Below, piece after piece: positions 20,666 through 29,884 of a stretch of 64,000 bases of DNA (positions are counted from its first letter, which is position 1; every line of letters starts with the position of its first letter). The notes below the pieces were generated by a model, which was not told where the DNA came from, did not search any database, and saw only the letters and a list, made by a program, of their open reading frames with translations. Source of the stretch: an uncultured candidatus Porisulfidus sp. GTDB lineage: Bacteria > Pseudomonadota > Gammaproteobacteria > Poriferisulfidales > Poriferisulfidaceae. The translations under genes and the position numbers were made by a program. The stretch is from assembly GCA_963668445.1 (NCBI GenBank), contig OY764335.1:532297-596296 (forward strand), written 5' to 3'.

Positions 20666-21240
20666 GCGCCCGGTTCGGTTTGGGCTTCCGAGCCGTGCGA
20701 CGGCATGACGACTCCCGTGTGCACCGTGCCGTTGCCGGGGCCGAACTCGAGGTACAGTTCGAGATTGATGCGAATGACATCGAAAGCGAGTTCGTCCCAT
20801 GGGATGTCGTCCGGAGCAGTCAATCGGGTGCTGCTGGATTCCGGGCCCGGAGAAGCCTCGCCGCCGGCCAGAATGCCGGAGTACATCGCGTAGATTTGGG
20901 AGACGTGCGGCAGGCTGTACAGGCTGAACAGCTTTAGGTTTTCGATTTGCGCATTCGCTTCTTCCATGCATTCACGGCGTGCGCATTCTGCTAGGGTCTC
21001 ATGGTTTTCCATGAACCCGGCCGGCAGCGTCCACAACCCGAGCTTGGGCTTGATCGCACGCTTGCACAGAAGGATTCGTCCTTCCCATTCCAGCACGGCG
21101 CCCGCCACCGTCAAGGGGTTCTGGTAGATGATGTGGCCGCAGCGGTCGCATACGTGGCGTCGCTTGGTATCCCCATCGGGAATGCGGTAAGCGAGATTGG
21201 CGTACCCGCATTGCGGGCAGAACGAAGGCTTGGCATGCAT
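20662..21240 (-). CDS. NUDIX hydrolase with an N-terminal zinc ribbon.
   Basis: CPQCG...CDRCG zinc ribbon, followed by the Nudix box GFMENHETLAECARRECMEEANA (GX5EX7REUXEEXGU). Confidence 0.7.
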   Translation of the reverse strand: MHAKPSFCPQCGYANLAYRIPDGDTKRRHVCDRCGHIIYQNPLTVAGAVLEWEGRILLCKRAIKPKLGLWTLPAGFMENHETLAECARRECMEEANAQIENLKLFSLYSLPHVSQIYAMYSGILAGGEASPGPESSSTRLTAPDDIPWDELAFDVIRINLELYLEFGPGNGTVHTGVVMPSHGSEAQTEPGA

Positions 21241-21249
21241 GGCGAATCT

Positions 21250-22092
21250 TCAGGCGTCGCCAGTAGCGATGGGCCGTTCAGGGTTGCGTATCCAAGCACT
21301 CCATGAGCCGACGTAGAGCCGGCCTGGTTCAAGTCCTGCATGTGCCATCGCCAGCAGGTTGTGGCATGCGGTCACGCCGGAGCCGCAAGAGTGGCAGACA
21401 GGCTGGGGATTTGCGGACAGGGCTGCGAAGCGTTCGCGCAAGTCGGCACGCGAACGGAACGTGCCATCCGCATTCAGGTTGCCGCGGAACGGTAGGTTTT
21501 GGGAGTTGGGAATGTGCCCGGCTTTGGCGTCCAGAGGCTCGATGCGCCCCGCGAAGCGGTCAGAGTCGCGGGCATCAACGACTTGGAGCGTCTTTTGCTC
21601 CAGTCCCGCTTCAATGTCTTCGGTCGAGACCCATAGAGCGTCGTTCGGTCTGATCGGATGGCAAGCGCGGGCTGCAGAAGGGCGGTCTTGGGAAAGCGCT
21701 CGCGCTTCCTGCACCCATTGGGGCAGTCCGCCATCCAAGACCGCAACGGCGGCATGGCCGACCCAACGTAACAGCCACCACATGCGTCCGGCAATGGCAC
21801 CGCCCGCATCGTCGTAGACGACGACTTGCGCCCCCGGTGTGATGCCGAATGCTTCGAGCCTTGTCTGGAAAGCCTCGGGATCGGGCAGGGGATGCCGTCC
21901 GCTGGACGCATCAGGAGCGGCTGCCATGTCGGTGTCCAGATGGGCATAGCGTGCGCTTGGGATATGGCCTTCGCGCCACGCGGCTTCTCCGGCGTCCGGG
22001 TGTCCGACATCGAAGCGGCAATCCAGAACTATGGCCGCATTCTGCGCCAGCAAATCCGCCAGTTGCCCGGTTTTGATCAATGTTGTGTACAT
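21250..22092 (-). CDS. sseA: Tandem-rhodanese sulfurtransferase (thiosulfate / 3-mercaptopyruvate sulfurtransferase).
   Basis: Two rhodanese domains. The catalytic Cys is in ...PVCHSCGSGVTACHNLLAMAHAGL. The N-terminus is MYTTLIKTGQLADLL. Confidence 0.8.
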   Translation of the reverse strand: MYTTLIKTGQLADLLAQNAAIVLDCRFDVGHPDAGEAAWREGHIPSARYAHLDTDMAAAPDASSGRHPLPDPEAFQTRLEAFGITPGAQVVVYDDAGGAIAGRMWWLLRWVGHAAVAVLDGGLPQWVQEARALSQDRPSAARACHPIRPNDALWVSTEDIEAGLEQKTLQVVDARDSDRFAGRIEPLDAKAGHIPNSQNLPFRGNLNADGTFRSRADLRERFAALSANPQPVCHSCGSGVTACHNLLAMAHAGLEPGRLYVGSWSAWIRNPERPIATGDA

Positions 22093-22154
22093 GCTCGTAG
22101 TCGCGGGAGACGCTTCCTTGCCCCAGTGTGCGAGATGTGCGCGATTATAACGAG

Positions 22155-23156
22155 TCAGCCGTCCGCGATGAAAATGGCGCGTTCCGGGGCGGGATGGCCT
22201 TCCTTGGTGAGTCGGGGATTTTCGGGGTCCAGCGCGTCCTGCAGCGAATAAAAGGGCATCCAGTCCGTGGTGCGTTGCTCTTCCGGCGTGGTGGCGGAGC
22301 AGTCGGCGCAGCGTGGCGTCAGGAAGCCGGCATCCTCAAGCTGGTGCAGGATGCGATCCGGGTGCATGAGCATCCAGACATTGTGCATGTTGGCATAGCG
22401 GCCGTCGATGGCGAGGATGCCGGAAGCCGGTGTCTGTGTACTGATCAGCGTCTCGAGGATCAATTCGCCGCCGGGGCGCAATTGCGTGCGCAATTGCCGC
22501 AGGTGCTCCTGCGGGTTGCGGCGATGATGCAGTACGCCCATCGAGAAGACGCTGTCGAAAGCGGCGGGCGGCAAGGCTTCGAAAGGTGCGGGAATCATCC
22601 AGGCCGGAAAATCTTCTGGCAGGAAATGTGTGAGCGCGGCGAACTGCCAATTGGCCAACCAGGAAGGTTCGACGCCCAGCGCGAAGCGGGTTCCTTGCCC
22701 GGTCATGCGCAGCAGGTAGTAGCCGTTGCTGCATCCGACATCCAGAACCTGTCGGCCTTGGAGGCCGGAGATATGGGGCAGGATGCGATTCCATTTCATA
22801 CCGCTGCGCCATTCCGCATCGATTTGTACACCGCATACCGAGAATGGGCCTTTCCGCCACGGAATCAGCGTTTGCAGGCTTTTGCGCAGGCGCGCATGCT
22901 GCGGGTCGCTTAGTTCGCTGTCGGCGCCGATGACGGGCCGGTCGGCATGGAGGGCCGTGTGCCGGGCAGCATGGGCGGGCAGAACCCGAACCGCATCGCG
23001 CCAGCGGGCGAAGTCGCCGTGCTCGGGATGCTGCCAGCGCTGTGCCGCAATTGGCAGCCATGCGTCGAGGCCGCCTTGCGCCAGAGTTTCGGTCAGGTAG
23101 GTTTCCCGCTGCAGCGCAAGGCCAGTATGGAGATGAAATGCAGGCATTGGAACCAT
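22155..23156 (-). CDS. cmoB: tRNA U34 carboxymethyltransferase.
   Basis: ...LIPWRKGPFSVCGVQIDAEWRSGMKWNRILPHIS aligns with the E. coli CmoB core (MPWRKGPFSLYGV.IDTEWRSDWKWDRVLPHLS). The ORF-track N-terminal extension to 23531 was rejected. Confidence 0.8.
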   Translation of the reverse strand: MVPMPAFHLHTGLALQRETYLTETLAQGGLDAWLPIAAQRWQHPEHGDFARWRDAVRVLPAHAARHTALHADRPVIGADSELSDPQHARLRKSLQTLIPWRKGPFSVCGVQIDAEWRSGMKWNRILPHISGLQGRQVLDVGCSNGYYLLRMTGQGTRFALGVEPSWLANWQFAALTHFLPEDFPAWMIPAPFEALPPAAFDSVFSMGVLHHRRNPQEHLRQLRTQLRPGGELILETLISTQTPASGILAIDGRYANMHNVWMLMHPDRILHQLEDAGFLTPRCADCSATTPEEQRTTDWMPFYSLQDALDPENPRLTKEGHPAPERAIFIADG

Positions 23157-23857
23157 ACGGCGGTCGAATCGAATCCGGCCGCAACCAGGCGGCTGCGGTG
23201 GGTGGCAAGCGAATCCCGCACCAGCGTCTGTTCGAGTGCGGTGCGCTTCTGGCTGATTTCCAGCGCACTGTAGCCTTGCGCCTTCTTGAAGGCGTCGTAG
23301 CGCTCTTGCGTACGACTTTCCAGCGGCTCCTTGAAGCGGAGCTTCTCCGTGAGAATCAGTGCGCCGCAAGGCCGTAGCGCATGCGCGATGCGCTGCAGCA
23401 GGGGCAGGCGGTCTTCCGGATCCAGAAACTGCAAGGTCAGGTTGAGCACGACGACGCCGGCCGGCTCCAAATCGACATGGCGGATATCGGCGCAATGGTA
23501 GCGGACCGGAGGGCCGGGCAGGCACTGGCACTGCTCGATCATATCTGTCGAAGCATCAATGCCCACGACCGGGCTGCTGGAGCCTAGGCGTGCGCTCAGG
23601 GCCCGGGCGACGGCGCCGAGGGAACAGCCGAGATCGTAGCACAGGGTGCCGGGCTGCGCGTGCCGAGCGCCTAGAATGCTGATGCCGTGAATGAGCGAAG
23701 CGTACCCCGGCACGGACCGTTCCGCCATGTCCTGAAACACTCGGGCGACTTCGGCATTAAAGCGGAACGGAGCCTCGGCGCGAGGCGCCGCATAGAGCGT
23801 GTCGATGGCGGGCGCCAGTTCAGGCGCCTTTGAAGCGGGTGCCCGGGGCGAAGCCAA
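23093..23857 (-). CDS. cmoA: Carboxy-S-adenosyl-L-methionine synthase.
   Basis: Class I SAM methyltransferase fold (...LCYDLGCSLGAVARAL...). Gene order cmoA-cmoB, with about 64 nt of overlap with cmoB. Confidence 0.85.
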   Translation of the reverse strand: MASPRAPASKAPELAPAIDTLYAAPRAEAPFRFNAEVARVFQDMAERSVPGYASLIHGISILGARHAQPGTLCYDLGCSLGAVARALSARLGSSSPVVGIDASTDMIEQCQCLPGPPVRYHCADIRHVDLEPAGVVVLNLTLQFLDPEDRLPLLQRIAHALRPCGALILTEKLRFKEPLESRTQERYDAFKKAQGYSALEISQKRTALEQTLVRDSLATHRSRLVAAGFDSTAVWFQCLHFISILALRCSGKPT

Positions 23858-24012
23858 AGATGTTTTCCAAGTGCAGTTCGCGAGTCAGGCCGTGACTGCC
23901 TGTTGGCCGTGTTCCCTGGACGTCTCTGCCAGAATCAGGCGAGCGCCGTTGCGCACGTAGCCGCCGGCGACTTGCGCTTGCTTGCGCAGCAGTTCGCGGG
24001 CTTTGTCGAGCG

Positions 24013-25272
24013 TCATGGCGCGAACGGCGGCAGTTTGCGTTCGACGGCAATGTTTTTGAGCTTGGCATAAGTCGGCAGGCCTTGTCGGAACGGCGGAGGC
24101 TCTTCGCCGCGGATGAGCGGCTCCAAGTACGCACGGCAGCGCTTGGTGATGCCGAAGCCATTGCGGGTGATGTAGCTGCGCGGCATCATGCGTTCCCGGT
24201 TGGCGACGCGGGATAGGGCGACATGGCCAATTTTCCAACGGTACGGACGATCGGAGGTGCGCACGATCGTCGGCATCACGGCCGTGTGCCCGGCAACGGC
24301 CAGCCGGACGGCGGCGCGGCCGACCCCATACGCCTGTTGCAGGTCGGTCGCGGAAGCGATGTGGCGAGCGGCGCGTTGCAGATAGTCGGCGACTGCCCAG
24401 TGGTACTTGTAGCCGAGGCGCTCTTTGACCATGTGCGCGAGAATCAGGGCGTTGCCGCCGAGTTGCGCATGGCCGAAGGCATCGCTAGAGCCGACCTCGG
24501 CCAGAAATTTGCCGTCCGGGGTGCGTACGCCTTCGGACGCGACGATGGCGCAGAAGCCGAAGCGTTGCACGCAGTCGTCGACGCGGGCTAGGAAGGCCTT
24601 GGCATCGAACGGGATTTCCGGGAACAGGATGAGATGCGGGGCGTCGCCGGGGGCTTCGGCGGCCAAGCCGCCGGCCGCGGCGATCCAGCCGGCGTGGCGG
24701 CCCATTACTTCGAGAATGAACACTTTGGTGGATGTCGCCGCCATGCCGGCGACATCCAGACCGGCCTCGCGGATCGAGGTGCCGACGTATTTCGCGACTG
24801 AGCCGAAGCCGGGGCAGTTGTCGGTGACGGGCAGATCGTTGTCGACCGTCTTCGGCACACCGATGCAGCGAAGAGGATATTTCAGCGAGCGAGCGAGCTG
24901 GGCGATCTTCCAGGCAGTGTCTTGCGAATCGCCGCCGCCGTTGTAGAAGAAATAGCCGATATCGTGCGCGTCGAACACCTCGATCAGGCGTTCGTATTCG
25001 CGCCGGTTCTCTTCGAGGCCCTTGAGTTTATAGCGGCAGGAGCCGAACGCGGCGCCCGGCGTGTTGCGCAGCGCGGCGATCGTGCGCGAGGTCTCGCGAT
25101 GGGTGTCGATCAGGTCTTCATGCAGAGCGCCGAGGATGCCGTGGCGCCCGGCATACACGCGGCCGATATGCGTTCGGCAGCCCCGGGCTGTTTCGATTAC
25201 GCCGCAGGCCGAAGCGTTGATGACGGCCGTCGGCCCTCCCGACTGGGCGTAGAAGGCGTTGCGGGGGCTCAT
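24013..25272 (-). CDS. pfp: Pyrophosphate-dependent 6-phosphofructokinase.
   Basis: MSPRNAFYAQSGGPTAVINASACGVIETAR...GGGDSQDTAWKIA...PKTVDNDL are PFK family signatures, in a roughly 420-aa PPi-type architecture. Confidence 0.8.
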   Translation of the reverse strand: MSPRNAFYAQSGGPTAVINASACGVIETARGCRTHIGRVYAGRHGILGALHEDLIDTHRETSRTIAALRNTPGAAFGSCRYKLKGLEENRREYERLIEVFDAHDIGYFFYNGGGDSQDTAWKIAQLARSLKYPLRCIGVPKTVDNDLPVTDNCPGFGSVAKYVGTSIREAGLDVAGMAATSTKVFILEVMGRHAGWIAAAGGLAAEAPGDAPHLILFPEIPFDAKAFLARVDDCVQRFGFCAIVASEGVRTPDGKFLAEVGSSDAFGHAQLGGNALILAHMVKERLGYKYHWAVADYLQRAARHIASATDLQQAYGVGRAAVRLAVAGHTAVMPTIVRTSDRPYRWKIGHVALSRVANRERMMPRSYITRNGFGITKRCRAYLEPLIRGEEPPPFRQGLPTYAKLKNIAVERKLPPFAP

Positions 25273-25649
25273 GGCGCCTCCGATGCTCGTCCGCGACCGG
25301 TCATGCGTGCATAGTCGGACTGCATCTGCAGCAGTTGCATGACGCATTCGGCAAGTTCCGTGTAGTCGGTCACATCCGGGCCCATCTGCTGCAAGCCATT
25401 ATAGAAAAATGGGCATCGGTAGTGGCTCTCGCCGGCCTTGACGATGAGGAAGTTGCAGTCGTTGGCGGCCCAGAACAGGGCCGGGCCGGGCGTGCCGCTT
25501 TCGGCCTTCGGGCGCAGGCCGATTTCCATGTCGGCCGCATGCAGTTCCACGGCACCTTGGCCCCAACGTTCCTTGACGGCGGTTTGGGTCACCCGTTTTT
25601 CACGATCCGTGAAGTCGGCGATGTTCGAAGGCACGGCGGATGCGGCCAT
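25269..25649 (-). CDS. Hypothetical protein co-transcribed upstream of pfp.
   Basis: 126-aa ORF whose stop overlaps the pfp ATG. No recognisable motif. Confidence 0.35.
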   Translation of the reverse strand: MAASAVPSNIADFTDREKRVTQTAVKERWGQGAVELHAADMEIGLRPKAESGTPGPALFWAANDCNFLIVKAGESHYRCPFFYNGLQQMGPDVTDYTELAECVMQLLQMQSDYARMTGRGRASEAP

Positions 25650-25667
25650 GGGCGTACCGGGCCGGCC

Positions 25668-26831
25668 TTATTGCTGGCGCAGTTCGTCGGACAGGGCCAT
25701 GGGCGACGGGTAGAACAGGATGATCCAGTAGGACGAGATGATGAAGGTCAGCAGGGTTGCCGTCTGGATCGTATAGGAGGCGGCTTCGCTGATGACGCCG
25801 CCAGTCAGCGCCAGCACCGAGATCAGCAGGGAAAATTCGCTGATATTGGCCATGCGCACGCCGACTTCATGCGATCGGTTCGGCTTTTCCCCGCCTTTCC
25901 GCAGCAGCGTGCGAAACAGCCACGGCTTGCTGAGCATCACGAAGGCGACCAGCAGCACGGAGGGCAGCATGACATCGCCGAAGGCATGCCAGTTGTATGC
26001 GGCGCCGACGGAGAAGAAGAAGATCACCAGGAAGAAATCGCGCAATGGCCGCAGCACTTCCGCAATGTAGTTGGCGATGGGGCTCGCAGCCAGTGCGACG
26101 CCGGCGATGAAGGCTCCGGATTCGCTGGACAGGCCAAGGAAAGTGGCCGCTTCCGCCATGCCCAGGCACCAGCCGATGACGACCAGAAAGACGTACTCCT
26201 GAATCTGGTCGAATTTGGTGAACAGCGGCACCAGAACATAGCGTTGCATCAGGAACGCCAAGCCGACGACCGCCGGGAAGCCGATCATCAGGCGCAGGAA
26301 TTCGTTGCCGACGAAGATTCCGGTCTGCAGTTCGATCAGTAGCAGGATGATGATCGCGATCAAGTCCTGCAGCAGAAGGATGCTGATCATCAGTTCGCCT
26401 GTAATCTGGTGGTGCAGGACGGTGGTCGGCAGCAGTTTCAGGCCGATGATGGTGCTGGAGAACATCAGGGCAGCGCCGATGACGGCTGCATCGATCAGGT
26501 TGAAGCCGAGCATATAGCAGATGGCAAAGCCGCCGGCAGCGAAAAAGCCGCTGGTGAGCGTGGTGATGATGGCGGTCTTCTTGAACAGGCCTACCAGTTT
26601 CTGGGGCACCAGATTGAGGCCGAGCAGGAACAGCAGGAACGTGATGCCGATATGGGAGACTTCCTGCACCATGTGCACATCCGGAATGAGTCCCAGGCTG
26701 TAGGGGCCGATGAGCAGTCCGAGCAGAATGTAGGCGATGAGCAGGGTTTGCCGGGCGAACAGGGCTAATGTCGCTAAAATAGCCGCACCCGTATAGATCA
26801 GGAAGATGGGAAATACGATATCGCCGTGCAT
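25668..26831 (-). CDS. Cation:proton antiporter (CPA family) membrane protein.
   Basis: About 12 TM helices (...GLLIGPYSLGLIPDVH...ELMISILLLQDLIAIIILL...) matching the Na+/H+ exchanger fold. Confidence 0.75.
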   Translation of the reverse strand: MHGDIVFPIFLIYTGAAILATLALFARQTLLIAYILLGLLIGPYSLGLIPDVHMVQEVSHIGITFLLFLLGLNLVPQKLVGLFKKTAIITTLTSGFFAAGGFAICYMLGFNLIDAAVIGAALMFSSTIIGLKLLPTTVLHHQITGELMISILLLQDLIAIIILLLIELQTGIFVGNEFLRLMIGFPAVVGLAFLMQRYVLVPLFTKFDQIQEYVFLVVIGWCLGMAEAATFLGLSSESGAFIAGVALAASPIANYIAEVLRPLRDFFLVIFFFSVGAAYNWHAFGDVMLPSVLLVAFVMLSKPWLFRTLLRKGGEKPNRSHEVGVRMANISEFSLLISVLALTGGVISEAASYTIQTATLLTFIISSYWIILFYPSPMALSDELRQQ

Positions 26832-26890
26832 GGGGGAATTCCCGGCAGGTTTCCTATGCTGAAAGCCGTATTCTATCAGGATTTCAGACC

Positions 26891-27445
26891 GTGCGCATGA
26901 AAGTGGCGGCTGGGCTTTTGCACGGCGTGCGCTATGCGGCGTCGCCGAATTGCGATGCGCGTCCGCCCGGATGCGAGCCGGAATTGGTCGTGGTGCATGG
27001 CATCAGTCTGCCGCCCGGGAAATTCGGCAGCGACGCGATCGAACGCTTGTTCATGAATACGCTGGACATCCAGGCGCATCCGTATTTCGAGCGGCTTCGG
27101 GGCTTGTGCGTATCCGCGCATGCCTTGATCCGCCGCGATGGGGAAGTTCTGCAGTTCGTGCCGTTCCATCTTCGGGCGTGGCACGCCGGCGAATCCTGCT
27201 ATGCGGGCCGGAAGGATTGCAACGATTTTTCAATCGGCATCGAACTGGAAGGGACGGACGATCAGCCGTATGCCGAAGTGCAGGTGCGGATGCTGGCCGC
27301 GATGATTCGGGCCTTGTGCGAGTGCTATCCTCGCTTGGGCCCAGACCGCGTGGCAGGGCATAGCGACATTGCGCCGGGGCGCAAGACCGACCCCGGACCG
27401 CATTTCGATTGGGTGGGCTTGCGGGAGCTGCTGGCCGAAGATTAG
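26891..27445 (+). CDS. ampD: 1,6-anhydro-N-acetylmuramyl-L-alanine amidase.
   Basis: [16 protein letters not shown]...[10 protein letters not shown]...HAGES...[10 protein letters not shown]...[19 protein letters not shown] is the amidase_2/AmpD signature. Confidence 0.8.
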   Translation: MRMKVAAGLLHGVRYAASPNCDARPPGCEPELVVVHGISLPPGKFGSDAIERLFMNTLDIQAHPYFERLRGLCVSAHALIRRDGEVLQFVPFHLRAWHAGESCYAGRKDCNDFSIGIELEGTDDQPYAEVQVRMLAAMIRALCECYPRLGPDRVAGHSDIAPGRKTDPGPHFDWVGLRELLAED

Positions 27446-27879
27446 TCTTGGCGCGATTCCAATTGCAAGGCCGCCGAATTGATGCAGTAGCGCTGGCCGC
27501 CCGGTGCCGGACCGTCGGGGAAGACATGGCCCAAATGCGCGTCGCATCGCGCGCACAGCACTTCCGTGCGGCGCATGCCGAAGCTGAAGTCGTCTTCTTC
27601 CGTCAGGCAGTGCGCCGCGGCGGGCCGTGCGAAACTGGGCCAGCCTGTGCCGGAATCGAACTTGTCCTGCGAATCGAACAGGGCTTGCCCGCAGCAGACG
27701 CAGGCGTAAATGCCGTCCGCATGGCAGTCCCAATAGAGCCCGGCAAAGGCCAGTTCGGTTCCTTTGCGGCGGCATACGGCGTATTGCTCGGCACTGAGCT
27801 GTTTGCGCCATTCGGCGTCGTTGCGGCGAAGCTTGTCCATTCGGGGTCGGGGTTTCTCGGAGGTGTCGCCTTTCATCAT
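27442..27879 (-). CDS. msrB: Peptide-methionine (R)-S-oxide reductase.
   Basis: CxxC...CxxC zinc site, plus GTGWPSF and ...[17 protein letters not shown] with the catalytic Cys. Confidence 0.85.
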   Translation of the reverse strand: MMKGDTSEKPRPRMDKLRRNDAEWRKQLSAEQYAVCRRKGTELAFAGLYWDCHADGIYACVCCGQALFDSQDKFDSGTGWPSFARPAAAHCLTEEDDFSFGMRRTEVLCARCDAHLGHVFPDGPAPGGQRYCINSAALQLESRQD

Positions 27880-27961
27880 ACCATTCCGGCGGCAGCGGCG
27901 GCGAATTTGAGGTACAATGCCGCCTACGCCGACCCACACACCTGATTGATGAGGAGAGCGA

Positions 27962-28042
27962 TATGACCGGATGGGCTTGGATGGCGCTGGGCGCCGTCGT
28001 TCTCGCCGTGGTGATTATGCAGATCGCCGCGCGCATTAAGTA
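27962..28042 (+). CDS. Candidate 26-aa small hydrophobic peptide.
   Basis: [26 protein letters not shown], preceded by a GAGGAG RBS 6 nt upstream. A hairpin CTGGCCGAGCGGCCAG lies just downstream. Confidence 0.25.
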
Positions 28043-28124
28043 ATCTGGCCGAGCGGCCAGCCATCGTCGGCAGCTGCGGCGCGGCGCTCTGGCCGGTGCT
28101 TGCGCGCCGGTTTTCGCTAGAGCT

Positions 28125-29711
28125 TTGATGCCCCTGAATCCGCGGCTTTTCCAAGCGCGCTTGGATGCGATGCGCACTTCTGGCGTGCGAGCGGAATTGC
28201 GCGACATCCGAATCGGCTTGGAGCGCGAAGCCTTGCGCGTGGATGCGGAAGCGAATTTGAGTCGGCGTCCACACCCCCCGGAACTGGGTGCAGCTCTGAC
28301 GCACTCCTACATCACGACGGATTACTCCGAGGCGATGCTTGAACTGATTACGCCGCCGGGCCGTCTGGACGAAACGCATGCCTTCCTCGCCGAACTTCAT
28401 CGCTATGCCTACGGCCACCTAGGCGGGGAGAATTTGTGGTGCGGGAGCATGCCCTGCGTGATTGCGGGCGACCCGGACATTCCGCTGGCGCGCTATGGGG
28501 AATCCAATGCCGGGCTCATGAAGACCGTTTACCGCCGCGGGCTCGGCTACCGCTATACCCGATCCATGCAGGTCATCGCCGGCCTGCATTTCAATTGCTC
28601 CATGCCGGACGGTTTCTGGCGGCACGAACAAGGCGGCGTGCCGGATCGTCCGGCGGTCTCCGAACGCTATTTCGGCGTGCTGCGCAATCTGCTGCGGTTC
28701 GGTTGGCTGGTCGCCTACCTGTGGGGCGCCTCGCCAGCGACCTGCCGGCGTTTTCTGGCCCGCAATCCCAGCGACTACGAGCTGGAATCCTTTACGCCGG
28801 GGACGTATTACGGCCCGTATGCCACATCGCTGCGGCTGGGGGGCATCGGCTACCAAAACAATTTGGGAGCCAGCACCGGCGTGCAGGCCGATTACAACAG
28901 TTTGGCCGGCTATATCCGGAGTCTGGAGCGGGCGACGAGCACGCCGTGCCCGGCCTACGAGCGCATCGGGGTGCGACAGGCGGACAAGTACCTGCAACTG
29001 AACGCGAACCGGCTGCAGATCGAAAACGAGTTCTACAGTTCGGTGCGCCCGAAATGCGTCCCGCACGGCAACGAGCGGCCGATTCGCGCGTTCCGGATGC
29101 GCGGTGTGGAATACGTGGAACTGCGTGCGCTGGACATCAACCCGTTCGAGCCTTGCGGCATCGATCGGACGGCGATGCGGTTTTTGACGGCACTGATCGT
29201 CTATTGCCTTTTGGATGACAGCCCCGACATGTCCGAAGCCGAGCAGCAGGAGGCGCATGGCAACATGCAGTGGGTCGCGCAGCGCGGGCGAGGTTCGGGC
29301 ATGATGCTGGAGCGCAGCGGCGCGGCTGTGGCGTTGCGCGATTGGGCGGAAGAATTGCTGAAGGACATCCGGCCGGTCTGCGCGCTCTTGGACGACGCGT
29401 ACGGGCAGGCGCATTTCGCCCAAGCTTGGCGGCAGCAGCAGAATCGCGTACGGGATGTGACGCAGACCTTGTCCGCGAAGATGGTGGAGGATATGCGGAT
29501 GCATGGCGAGGGCTATGTGGAATGGGTGCTGGCCCGTTCGCAAGCGCATCGAGAGTTCTTCATGCGGCAGCCTCCGGATGCGGCCCTGAACGCGCGGTTG
29601 GATCGGATGGCCGTGCAGTCGCATGTGCAGCAGCAGGCGATGGAAGCGGCGGAACGTGAGACGCCGATGTCGTTCGAGGACTATTTAGCGGCGTACGAGG
29701 CGCGGCGATGA
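28125..29711 (+). CDS. gshA: Glutamate--cysteine ligase (proteobacterial GshA type).
   Basis: About 525 aa with ...LEREALRV...; length and N-terminal pattern match E. coli-type GshA. Confidence 0.85.
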   Translation: MMPLNPRLFQARLDAMRTSGVRAELRDIRIGLEREALRVDAEANLSRRPHPPELGAALTHSYITTDYSEAMLELITPPGRLDETHAFLAELHRYAYGHLGGENLWCGSMPCVIAGDPDIPLARYGESNAGLMKTVYRRGLGYRYTRSMQVIAGLHFNCSMPDGFWRHEQGGVPDRPAVSERYFGVLRNLLRFGWLVAYLWGASPATCRRFLARNPSDYELESFTPGTYYGPYATSLRLGGIGYQNNLGASTGVQADYNSLAGYIRSLERATSTPCPAYERIGVRQADKYLQLNANRLQIENEFYSSVRPKCVPHGNERPIRAFRMRGVEYVELRALDINPFEPCGIDRTAMRFLTALIVYCLLDDSPDMSEAEQQEAHGNMQWVAQRGRGSGMMLERSGAAVALRDWAEELLKDIRPVCALLDDAYGQAHFAQAWRQQQNRVRDVTQTLSAKMVEDMRMHGEGYVEWVLARSQAHREFFMRQPPDAALNARLDRMAVQSHVQQQAMEAAERETPMSFEDYLAAYEARR

Positions 29712-29884
29712 GGAATGATATGAGCCCTCTGGGTTCGTCCAAGCCCGATAGAATCAGATGGATTCATGGGCAGGGCCTTGTTCATGCATGCCCGCTGCCA
29801 ATGTCCGATTGCCCGAAACGTGAGATTCCGGTACGATTGTCGTGAGTTGGGGAGGCGGCTTGAACTGGCTTCGGCGGCGAAAGG

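Noticed and set aside
22155-23531. 458-aa version of cmoB.
   Set aside because: The first 125 codons overlap cmoA in another frame and are Pro/Arg/Ala low-complexity. The true start is near 23156.
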